32,877 nucleotides of DNA, taken from the NCBI GenBank assembly GCA_036336835.1, contig JAYZFK010000084.1:1-32877 (forward strand), given 5' to 3'. The notes below the pieces were generated by a model, which was not told the DNA's origin, ran no database searches, and was given only the letters and a program-made list of their open reading frames with translations. The first letter of the stretch is position 1. Each line of letters begins with the position of its first letter. Both the position numbers and the translations under genes were made by a program. Source of the DNA: Myxococcota bacterium. Lineage in GTDB: Bacteria; Myxococcota_A; UBA9160; UBA4427. Shown piece by piece: positions 1 through 7,629 of the stretch.

Positions 1-227
1 CCGACAACTCCGCGAACCACATCCAGACGATCTCTGCCTCCGATCTCGGTTTCACCTCCTTCGACGAAGTCCACATCCGTCTCGACGGAGTGGGCGGTAT
101 CGACAACATCACGTTCAACACCGTCCCGGAGCCGAGTACGACACTCATGCTCTGTACCGGTCTCGTCGGCTTCCTCGCTCGGCGCCGCGCCGCACGACGG
201 CGCACTCGGGCCGCTCTTCCGAAGTAG
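1..227 (+). CDS. PEP-CTERM sorting-domain protein, 3' end only (5' truncated by window edge)
   Basis: Frame from nt 3 reads ...GGIDNITFNT-VPEPSTTLMLCTGLVGFLA-RRRAARRRTRAALPK, stop TAG 225-227. VPEP motif (123-134), hydrophobic helix and Arg cluster form the PEP-CTERM signature. Not in the ORF track. Confidence 0.9.
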   Translation, partial: DNSANHIQTISASDLGFTSFDEVHIRLDGVGGIDNITFNTVPEPSTTLMLCTGLVGFLARRRAARRRTRAALPK

Positions 228-257
228 ACTCGGCGACCGGTCCGCTTCGGAGACGCG

Positions 258-1106
258 ATGCCCGACACGTCCGATCTCAGCGATCGAACCGTCCTGCTCA
301 CTGGCGCGACCAACGGCATCGGCCGAGCTGCTGCGCACGAGCTGGCCGCTCTGGGCGCGAATCTTCTGCTGGTGTGTCGAGACTCCGAGCGCGCCGAGCA
401 AACACGCGACGAGATCGCGGCGCGCTCGGGCAATCGGCGGGTCGAGATCCTGATCGCGGACCTCTGCAGCCAGCGGGAGGTTCGCGAGATTGCCCGCCAG
501 GTGGTCGACTCGGGTCGTCCGCTCCACGTGCTCTGCAACAACGCGGGGGCAATGTTCGACCGGCGGCTCGAGACGCCAGACGGCGTCGAGATGAACCTTG
601 GCCTCAACTATCTGTCGTGCTTCCTGCTGACCAACCTGCTGCGCGAGACACTCGTGCGAAGCGGCGGCGGTCGCATCGTAAACGTCGCCTCGGGTACCTA
701 CAAGCAGGTGGGTCGCCTCGACTTCGACGACCTCGAGTCGCGAAACGACTACGCGTCGCTCGGCGCCTACGCCCGGTCGAAGCTCGCAATGATCCTCTGG
801 ACCCAGGAGATCGCCCGTCGCCTCGACGGCACCGGCGTCACCGCCAACGCTCTCAACCCGGGTCTCGTCGCGAGCAACTTCGGGCAGAACAACGGCCTGT
901 TGTTGCGCTTCGGCATGCTCCTGATGCGACCATTCTCCCGCAGCGTCGAGCAAGGCGCCGAGACCGTCGTCTACCTGTGTGCCTCGCCCGAGGTCGCCGG
1001 CGTGAGTGGGCAGTACTTCGAGGACTGCGCTCCCGCCGCGCTCCAGGCTCACGCGACCAACCGCGAGGACGCCGGCCGGCTCTGGGAACTCAGCGAGCAG
1101 CTGTAG
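258..1106 (+). CDS. SDR-family oxidoreductase (retinol-dehydrogenase-like)
   Basis: TGATNGIG nucleotide-binding motif, NNAG, YARSK catalytic YxxxK, C-terminal SGQYF...LWELS typical of the RDH-like subgroup; GGAG upstream. Confidence 0.92.
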   Translation: MPDTSDLSDRTVLLTGATNGIGRAAAHELAALGANLLLVCRDSERAEQTRDEIAARSGNRRVEILIADLCSQREVREIARQVVDSGRPLHVLCNNAGAMFDRRLETPDGVEMNLGLNYLSCFLLTNLLRETLVRSGGGRIVNVASGTYKQVGRLDFDDLESRNDYASLGAYARSKLAMILWTQEIARRLDGTGVTANALNPGLVASNFGQNNGLLLRFGMLLMRPFSRSVEQGAETVVYLCASPEVAGVSGQYFEDCAPAALQAHATNREDAGRLWELSEQL

Positions 1107-1166
1107 CGCCTGCCCTCGGGTCCACGCGGAGCGGATCGAGGCGCCCTGCCCGCTACGCCCACCAGC

Positions 1167-1730
1167 TCAGAGCGAGCTGCGAGGCAGCTCCAGCGAGATC
1201 TCGCGGGCCGGGTTGCGCAGGTCCTCGCTCTCACCGAGCCGGAGGATGCGCGCTCGCAGCATGTCGGGCTCGAGCTCGAGCAGCCCCACGCTGCCCAGGC
1301 GCGTCGAGAACAGGTGGGGCTGTGTCGGGCTACCCGAGTTGATCTGCACCACGCCGTCGCGATGCTCGATGCGCTCGAGGTGGGTATGTCCGGTGAACAG
1401 GATCTCGGGCTTATCGCCAGCGAGCTCGCGCTCGACGATGACGTCGATGGGCCGGTCCTCCGGCTCGGTGTCGTGCACCATCGCCAGGCGCCAGCCCTCG
1501 AGATCGAGCCACTGGACGTCCGCCATGCGCGGGTCGCTCCAGCCCATGTCGTTGTTGCCTCGCGCCGCCTTTACGGGGGCGAACTGCGAAAGCCAGTCGA
1601 GAACGCCCGGGGCCACGATGTCGCCCGCGTGAAGGATGAGGTCGAGGCCGCGGAACGCGGCAGCCACCTCGTCCCAGAGAGCTGGACGCCGGTTCGACAG
1701 GTGGGTGTCCGAGAGCAGACCGATGCGCAT
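1167..1730 (-). CDS. YfcE/MJ0936-type metallophosphoesterase
   Basis: Calcineurin-like motifs SDTH, HAGD, GNND, GHTH and NSGSP in 187 aa. Confidence 0.9.
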   Translation of the reverse strand: MRIGLLSDTHLSNRRPALWDEVAAAFRGLDLILHAGDIVAPGVLDWLSQFAPVKAARGNNDMGWSDPRMADVQWLDLEGWRLAMVHDTEPEDRPIDVIVERELAGDKPEILFTGHTHLERIEHRDGVVQINSGSPTQPHLFSTRLGSVGLLELEPDMLRARILRLGESEDLRNPAREISLELPRSSL

Positions 1731-1828
1731 GGCGGGCTGCAGGGTACCCCGGATCGCAGGCCCCGAGCGGGCACGCGCGCGTCTAGAATGCCGTCCGACG
1801 CAGGGTGAAATCTGGAAGGAGAGAAACC

Positions 1829-2947
1829 ATGTCCCCGCAGGCCGCCGAGAGTCGCAAGGCCTTTCACGAGCTTCTCGACCTGCTTCGCGAGGTCGACGAG
1901 CGCTACGCAGGCCCCGAGTGGGGAATCGAGGGAGCCGACGAGATCGGTGGTGCGCTGCGCGCCGTGCTGCATCTGCTCGAAGCGTCCCTTGTGACGCGGA
2001 CGGAGTCCGTCCCCACGCATCCCTACTTTCGCGAGTTTCCGCTGCCGACGCGAAAATTCCTGGGAGACAACGCCGATGCCATCTACTTCGAGACGGCGAT
2101 CTCCCCAGAGCAGCGCTACTTGCTGCGCGGGAACATGGCGGGCGCGGTCTACGTCTCGATCACCATCGAGTCCGGAGCGCCAGAGGGAGCCTTTCCGCGA
2201 AAGAGCGGCGGCGTGATCAACGATTCCTCGTTCGACATTGCTCCCGATGGAAGCTTCGAGATCCGCATCGGCGGCGATCCTTCCGAGCGGAACTATCTCG
2301 CGCTGCCCGATGACGCCTCGCGTCTGACGACGCGGCACTACTACGAGGACGAGCGTCCCGCCGCGCTGACGCCCCGGCACACCGATTTTCAGATCGAAGC
2401 ACTGGATCCGCAGCCCGCGCCTGCGCCGCCGACTGATGCGTCGGTCGCCGCGTCCATCCGCCGCGTTGCGAACTTCATCCGCGGTGGGACGCTCGATCAA
2501 GGCGCGCCTAGCGAACGCGAGCCCACTCCCTTCGTCTCCAGAGTGCCCAACGAGTTTCCGAAGCCGATCAAGCCGGGTGCCTTCGGCCTGGCGGCCGCGG
2601 ACGCCGCGTACAGCATGGCGCCGTACCTGATCGGTCCGGACGACGCGCTCGTGATCACCGGCCGCTGGCCCGACGACTGCCGCTGCGCAAACGTCTGCCT
2701 GTGGAACCGCCACATGCAGACCTACGACTACCTGAACCGTCAGGTCTCGTTGAATCGCAGGCAGACCCACCTGGAGCCCGACGGCAGCTTCCGCATGGTG
2801 ATCGCCCACGAGAACCCCGGTGTCCCGAACTGGCTCGACACGGAGGGTCGACCCTTTGGCCTCGTGTTCTGGCGCTTCATGTTGCCCGAGGGCGAGATCG
2901 AGACGCCCCAGGCCAAGGTCGTGTCACTGACAGACCTGAAGGCATAG
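1829..2947 (+). CDS. DUF1214-domain protein
   Basis: DNADAIY, PDGSFEI and C-terminal DGSFRMVIAHENPGVPNWLDTEG...FWRF motifs. ATG 1829 chosen for the GGAAGGAG upstream (ORF track starts at 1805). Confidence 0.8.
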   Translation: MSPQAAESRKAFHELLDLLREVDERYAGPEWGIEGADEIGGALRAVLHLLEASLVTRTESVPTHPYFREFPLPTRKFLGDNADAIYFETAISPEQRYLLRGNMAGAVYVSITIESGAPEGAFPRKSGGVINDSSFDIAPDGSFEIRIGGDPSERNYLALPDDASRLTTRHYYEDERPAALTPRHTDFQIEALDPQPAPAPPTDASVAASIRRVANFIRGGTLDQGAPSEREPTPFVSRVPNEFPKPIKPGAFGLAAADAAYSMAPYLIGPDDALVITGRWPDDCRCANVCLWNRHMQTYDYLNRQVSLNRRQTHLEPDGSFRMVIAHENPGVPNWLDTEGRPFGLVFWRFMLPEGEIETPQAKVVSLTDLKA

Positions 2948-2951
2948 CGGA

Positions 2952-4196
2952 GTGAAGCTTCGCGGCATGGAAGAGCGCTACGAGCGCCCCGCATGGGTGA
3001 GACGCCTCAATGCGATGGGCACCGCAGTGGGCGGCCCGATCGAGGGTGCGCGGCACCTCGTTCCGATCGACTCGGCAGATCTGCTGGAACGCGCGACGCG
3101 GTCGATTGGTGGCGTCCCGGCGGGCGACTTCGGCGACCCCGGGTGGCAGCTCCGCTTCGAGCAGCTGGCCCGGGCCGTCGATGCCTCCGACATGCACGTC
3201 GTCGGCCGGCTCCTGACGAAGGAGGAGCTGCTCCGATCGCTGCGCACGCGTCTCCTCGTCAACCGCGCTCTCGACGAGCGGCCCGCGATGGCAGACGAGC
3301 GAATCGAGTCCCCGATCATCGTGACCGGGCCCGCGCGCTCGGGAACCTCGATCCTCTTCGAGCTTCTGTGGCTGGACGAGAGCTTGCGCGGGCCGCTCGC
3401 CTGGGAGGCGCTCCACCCCCTCCGCCTTCCGGAGTCTTCCGCGGAGGACCTTCGCCCGGTCGTGAGTGAGAGCGAGCAGGAGTTCTGGGCCGACGTGCAG
3501 CCGGAGTTCGCGGCCATGCACGAGCTGCGCTCGGATCTCCCGGTGGAGTGCGTCACGCTGACGACACCCAGCTTCGCGGGCACGCACTGGCCGATGATCG
3601 CGCGGCTCGACGGCTTTGCGCCCGACATGGCGCAGATGTACGGGTACCACCACGGCATCCTGAAGCTCCTGCAGCACGCTGCAGACGAGCGCACCTGGCT
3701 GCTCAAGACGCCGGGGCACTTGATGGCGATCGACATGGTGTTCGAGACCTATCCGGATGCCTGGATCGTGCAGACCCACCGCGATCCGGCCAAGACGATG
3801 CCTTCGACCGTGAGCACGACGGCCATGTTGCAATGGCTGCGCACGGATCGTGTCGACGTCGCTGCAGTCGCTGCGACCATCGGCGCGGGATTCAGCTTCG
3901 CGCTCAACTCGGTGGCCGAGCGCCGGGCCGCGGGCGATCTTCCGGACCGGTTCGTCGACGTCCACTTCCAGAGTCTGATAGCGGATCCCGTCGCAGCGAT
4001 TGGCGCGGCGTACGAACAGATGGACCGGCGCTTCACGGACGACCACGCTCGGGCGATCCTCGAATACCTGGCGAACAAGCCCAAGGGCAAGTTCGGCACC
4101 CACCGATACACGCCCGAGGAGTGGGGCTTCAGCGCGGCGGCCCTCCACGAGAACCTCGCGCCCTACATCGACCACTTCGCGGTCGAGCTCGAATAG
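2952..4196 (+). CDS. PAPS-dependent sulfotransferase (Sulfotransfer_3, mycobacterial Stf-like)
   Basis: 5'-PSB loop VTGPARSGTS, WLLKTPGH, 3'-PB motif QTHRDP...S, C-terminal GKFGTHRY. Starts 4 nt after the DUF1214 stop; alternative ATG at 2967. Confidence 0.88.
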   Translation: MKLRGMEERYERPAWVRRLNAMGTAVGGPIEGARHLVPIDSADLLERATRSIGGVPAGDFGDPGWQLRFEQLARAVDASDMHVVGRLLTKEELLRSLRTRLLVNRALDERPAMADERIESPIIVTGPARSGTSILFELLWLDESLRGPLAWEALHPLRLPESSAEDLRPVVSESEQEFWADVQPEFAAMHELRSDLPVECVTLTTPSFAGTHWPMIARLDGFAPDMAQMYGYHHGILKLLQHAADERTWLLKTPGHLMAIDMVFETYPDAWIVQTHRDPAKTMPSTVSTTAMLQWLRTDRVDVAAVAATIGAGFSFALNSVAERRAAGDLPDRFVDVHFQSLIADPVAAIGAAYEQMDRRFTDDHARAILEYLANKPKGKFGTHRYTPEEWGFSAAALHENLAPYIDHFAVELE

Positions 4197-4299
4197 CGCG
4201 GTCCGTCGGTCTGTCGGACGAGGAAGAGCTCCCGGCTTCGATCCTTTGCGGGAAGCGAATCGCCGGGCCCGGCGCGCCGCGCTCGCGCTGCCCGCCTGG

Positions 4300-5385
4300 C
4301 TAGGCGGTGTGGCCGGGGTGCGTCTCCATCATGACGGTCCGGTTGGGGTCCTGTCGCAGGCGCCAGATGTACGCGTCGGTGATGAAGTGGTGGAGGTTGA
4401 TGGCAGTGGCAACCATCAGGACGCTCTCGATCCTGCCGAAGCCGATGAGCACGTAGGCGCCCGACCAGCACTGCCAGAGCAGATAGCCGAGCCCGACGCA
4501 GGCCGCGTAGAACATACCGGTGTGATACGCCCAGCCGTGTCGAACCCCCTCGACGCGCTGTCGATCCCGGACGTGGAAGATGGTGACGATGCCGAGGTAC
4601 TGGAGCCCGTGAAAGAGCGCCGCCCAGGCGAACGCATCGAAGTACTCGAACACCACGAACCAGACCGAGTTGGACGCGATGATCAGCAGGCTGATGAGAG
4701 GCATTCCTCGCTCCGCCGCGGGCTCGCCCGAGGCGGTGAGTCGTCGCGAGCGGGCCCGAACGCGCAGGAACAGCGCGACCGGCATTGCGAAGGCGAGGGC
4801 GCCGAGTGCGACGCTTGCCCCCCTGAACAGCGCGAGGCCGAGTTCGGACTCGGCGATCGTATACCACGGTACGAACCAGCCGAGGCCGCTCCCGGCCTGC
4901 GTTCCGGAGAGCACGGCCACGCCAAAGGGCACCATGCAGGTCCAGCGCAGCATCCGCCGCTCGGGCTCTGCGAGGGCGCAGCCCGAGCGGTAGCAGTACA
5001 TGGCCGCGAGACCGTAGGCCTGCGCGCAGTAGTGATAGGGCGACCAGGTGAGCATCAGCGCCTGGAGATGTCGGCCGACCTGGTCTGCGAACGCGATCGA
5101 CGCGGTGACGACGACGAGTGTCACCAGCGGAAAGGCCATGGTGAGGAAGGGCAGGTCGCGGAACGCGTCGGGCTTCCGATACAGCCGCACCGTAGAGGCG
5201 GCGAAGTGCGCATTGTTGACGAACAGCAGGAAGTAGGGGACCGAGCTGGCCATCACCAGCCCCGCCGAGGTCCCGTCCACGGCGATCCACATTGCCACCA
5301 GCAGCGACAGGCCCCCGCCGATGACCAGCGCGTCGAAGGCGGGATGGACGAATGTCCGACCCATCGAAATGGCGCTCAGAGCCAC
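4300..5385 (-). CDS. Uncharacterised polytopic membrane protein with His motifs
   Basis: Many hydrophobic segments plus NNAHFAAS...LY, PYHYCAQAYG, FHGLQYL and NLHHFITDAYIWRLR motifs; starts 3 nt after the TPR gene stop. Confidence 0.78.
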   Translation of the reverse strand: MALSAISMGRTFVHPAFDALVIGGGLSLLVAMWIAVDGTSAGLVMASSVPYFLLFVNNAHFAASTVRLYRKPDAFRDLPFLTMAFPLVTLVVVTASIAFADQVGRHLQALMLTWSPYHYCAQAYGLAAMYCYRSGCALAEPERRMLRWTCMVPFGVAVLSGTQAGSGLGWFVPWYTIAESELGLALFRGASVALGALAFAMPVALFLRVRARSRRLTASGEPAAERGMPLISLLIIASNSVWFVVFEYFDAFAWAALFHGLQYLGIVTIFHVRDRQRVEGVRHGWAYHTGMFYAACVGLGYLLWQCWSGAYVLIGFGRIESVLMVATAINLHHFITDAYIWRLRQDPNRTVMMETHPGHTA

Positions 5386-5388
5386 GCC

Positions 5389-5871
5389 TCACTCCCCGGA
5401 GACTGAAAGGCCCAGCGCATCGAGCAGGTACGGATCGATCCGGTCTCCCGCCTCGCGTGCCAGCTTTTGTGCCTTGCGCGCGTGCCGGCGCGCGGTCTTG
5501 TGGTCGCCGCCGCCTAACAGCAGGACGGCGACGTTGTAGTGCGCGGTGCTGGAGCTCGGATCCAGACGGGCGGCAGTCCGAAACGCCTGGAGCGCTCCCG
5601 AGGCATCGCCGGCGTGGTTCAGCGCGAAGCCCAGCTGGAGGTGGGTCCAGCTGGCGTGCGGGACGATGGCCACGGCCGTCCGGTATTCAGAGACGAACTC
5701 GTCCATATAGCCCTGCTCGGGCAGTGACCTCGCGTACTCGAACGGGGACGGAAGCAACGGGGGGAGGCGTCGCTGCGCTGCCACCTCGAACGCGAGCCCC
5801 GCCGCGCACGACACGGCGAACAGCACCATGCCGATCGCGAACATGCCGCGGTAGACCGCGCTCTTGTCCAT
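5389..5871 (-). CDS. Membrane-anchored tetratricopeptide-repeat protein
   Basis: N-terminal hydrophobic helix, then TPR-like repeats (HLQLGFAL...ALQAFRTAARLDP...AHYNVAVLL); GGAG SD. Confidence 0.75.
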   Translation of the reverse strand: MDKSAVYRGMFAIGMVLFAVSCAAGLAFEVAAQRRLPPLLPSPFEYARSLPEQGYMDEFVSEYRTAVAIVPHASWTHLQLGFALNHAGDASGALQAFRTAARLDPSSSTAHYNVAVLLLGGGDHKTARRHARKAQKLAREAGDRIDPYLLDALGLSVSGE

Positions 5872-6042
5872 GAGAGCTCCGAGGCGGGCCGCTGAGAGGC
5901 CGGGGGCAATCGCCCAGCATACCGCATGCGCTCGACGGCACTCCGGCCGAGCCGGCAGTCGGGTCGCCGCGATCGCCGACGTTGCCCCGGGGCCGGGCTC
6001 CCGTGTACCGGCGCGGAGTGCGCTGCCCGACTGGCTCGCGGT

Positions 6043-6867
6043 TCACGCGGATGCGACGGAGCCTTCTACCGGTACACGCCGCCAGGTGCCGGTAGCGTCG
6101 TCTTCTCGCCAGCAGCGGCCGGAATGCGTCTGCGCAGTGCTCGCGATCCCGAGTCGCATGCGCACCTCGTCGATCTGCACGCCGAGCAGTTCGTCCCACG
6201 GCACTGACCGCGGGATGCATGCCGCGCGGCCGCGTCGGTAGGCGCGCACGGTATCGAGCGCGAACGGGATCTTGTGGCGCAGGGGCACGGCGAGGGAACC
6301 GAGAGCAAGGCTTACGCGAAAGACGGTCTTGGGCACGATGGCCTGAGTGAAGGCGAGCAGCAGCAGTTCGCCCGGGTGATCCCGCTGGTAGCCGGTGATC
6401 ACGTGCAGCAGGTCATGGCTCGCGACCATTCGCGCGTGGAACCAGCGACGCACCTCGTCGGGGGCACGCTGGTGCGCGTCGGGCTGTGCCTGCGCGGCCT
6501 CGATCAGACCCGCGACGCGAATGTCGTCGCGCTGTGCCAGTGCGAGGTAGACGCGGCCCAGCGAGTCGTCAGGCAACTTGGCCAGTGCCGCGAAGTCGTC
6601 GAGCCGCGCTTCGAGACGCGGGCGCTCGCGCAGCAGGGCGGCGGCACCAGGCTCGGCCAGGAACACCTGGAAGTCGCGTTCGCCGTCGTCGCCGTCCAGA
6701 GCCGAGGCGTAGTCGAGCGCAGCCCGGTTGTCGTAGCCCTGGTGAATGCGCCGCATGGCGTGTGCGGCCCGCTTCCACTGCAGCGCGCGGTGAGGCAGCG
6801 GGCTCGGATCGAAGCCTTCACCAACGCACTCGACGAGCGGCAGCTGGTGGGTTGCGGCGTTTGCCAT
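6043..6867 (-). CDS. Coq4-family protein
   Basis: LAKLPDDSLGRVY and HDLLHVITGYQRDHPGE (HDxxH-x11-E), then AYRRGR...WDELL...EVRMRLGI; GGGAG SD. Confidence 0.82.
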   Translation of the reverse strand: MANAATHQLPLVECVGEGFDPSPLPHRALQWKRAAHAMRRIHQGYDNRAALDYASALDGDDGERDFQVFLAEPGAAALLRERPRLEARLDDFAALAKLPDDSLGRVYLALAQRDDIRVAGLIEAAQAQPDAHQRAPDEVRRWFHARMVASHDLLHVITGYQRDHPGELLLLAFTQAIVPKTVFRVSLALGSLAVPLRHKIPFALDTVRAYRRGRAACIPRSVPWDELLGVQIDEVRMRLGIASTAQTHSGRCWREDDATGTWRRVPVEGSVASA

Positions 6868-6952
6868 CGGGTTCTCCCGTCATATCCTTGTCGAGGTGAC
6901 TGCATGGCCGTCGCGGCGCATGCGGTAGATTATCGGTCGGGCGCCGGGCCGC

Positions 6953-6963
6953 TGCGACTCGCA
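6953..6963. promoter_or_regulatory. Candidate TetR operator (TGCGA-C-TCGCA)
   Basis: Perfect short palindrome between the divergent coq4-like and tetR genes, downstream of a TAGATT -10-like hexamer at 6926-6931. Confidence 0.35.
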
Positions 6964-6989
6964 TTCGTCGGCTCTCGAGGGAGCACCCG

Positions 6990-7604
6990 ATGTCGCGTGA
7001 AGTCCCCGAATCGGCGAGGAAAACGCCGCGTCAAGGGCGCGCTCGGGCGACCGTGGACGCGATCTTGATGGCGGCTGCTCACATCCTGAAGAACGAAGGA
7101 GCCGAGCACATCACCACCAATCGCATCGCCGAGGTCGCCGGCGTGAGCATCGGCTCGCTGTACCAGTACTTTCCGAACAAGGGGGCCGTGGTGGCGGCGC
7201 TCCGCGAGCGCCACCACGACTACTACGATGAGGAGGCGCGCGATCGCGTCGAGCGCGTCGTTGGAAACAGCCTTCGCCCGGCCGTGTCGGAGATGCTCCA
7301 CCGCATGGTCGAGGTCCACGCGCAAGACATTCCGCTCAACGAAGCGCTGCGAGGCGAGCTGCACCCGCTCGATCCCGAGCAGGAGACCGAGTTCAAGGGC
7401 TTGCTGATGGAGCATCTCGAGGAGCACGCCGCCGAGCTCCGCCCCATGCCGGACCCCGAGCTGACGGCCTTCATCGTGATGCGGGCGCTCGAGTTCATGA
7501 TCCACGGCATCGCGCTCGAGGAGCCCGATCGGCTGAAGAACCCGCACTACGCCGATGAACTGACCGAGCTGCTGGTGCGCTTCCTCGGGGCGAGCGACGA
7601 TTGA
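6990..7604 (+). CDS. TetR/AcrR-family transcriptional regulator
   Basis: RKTPRQGRA...[23 protein letters not shown] helix-turn-helix; divergent from the Coq4-like gene. Confidence 0.93.
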   Translation: MSREVPESARKTPRQGRARATVDAILMAAAHILKNEGAEHITTNRIAEVAGVSIGSLYQYFPNKGAVVAALRERHHDYYDEEARDRVERVVGNSLRPAVSEMLHRMVEVHAQDIPLNEALRGELHPLDPEQETEFKGLLMEHLEEHAAELRPMPDPELTAFIVMRALEFMIHGIALEEPDRLKNPHYADELTELLVRFLGASDD

Positions 7605-7629
7605 AGGCGCTGCTCGCTCGCCTGCGCGC

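Noticed and set aside
4197..4299. Intrinsic terminator between the convergent sulfotransferase and membrane-protein genes
   Set aside because: Only imperfect GC hairpins without a U-tract on either strand.
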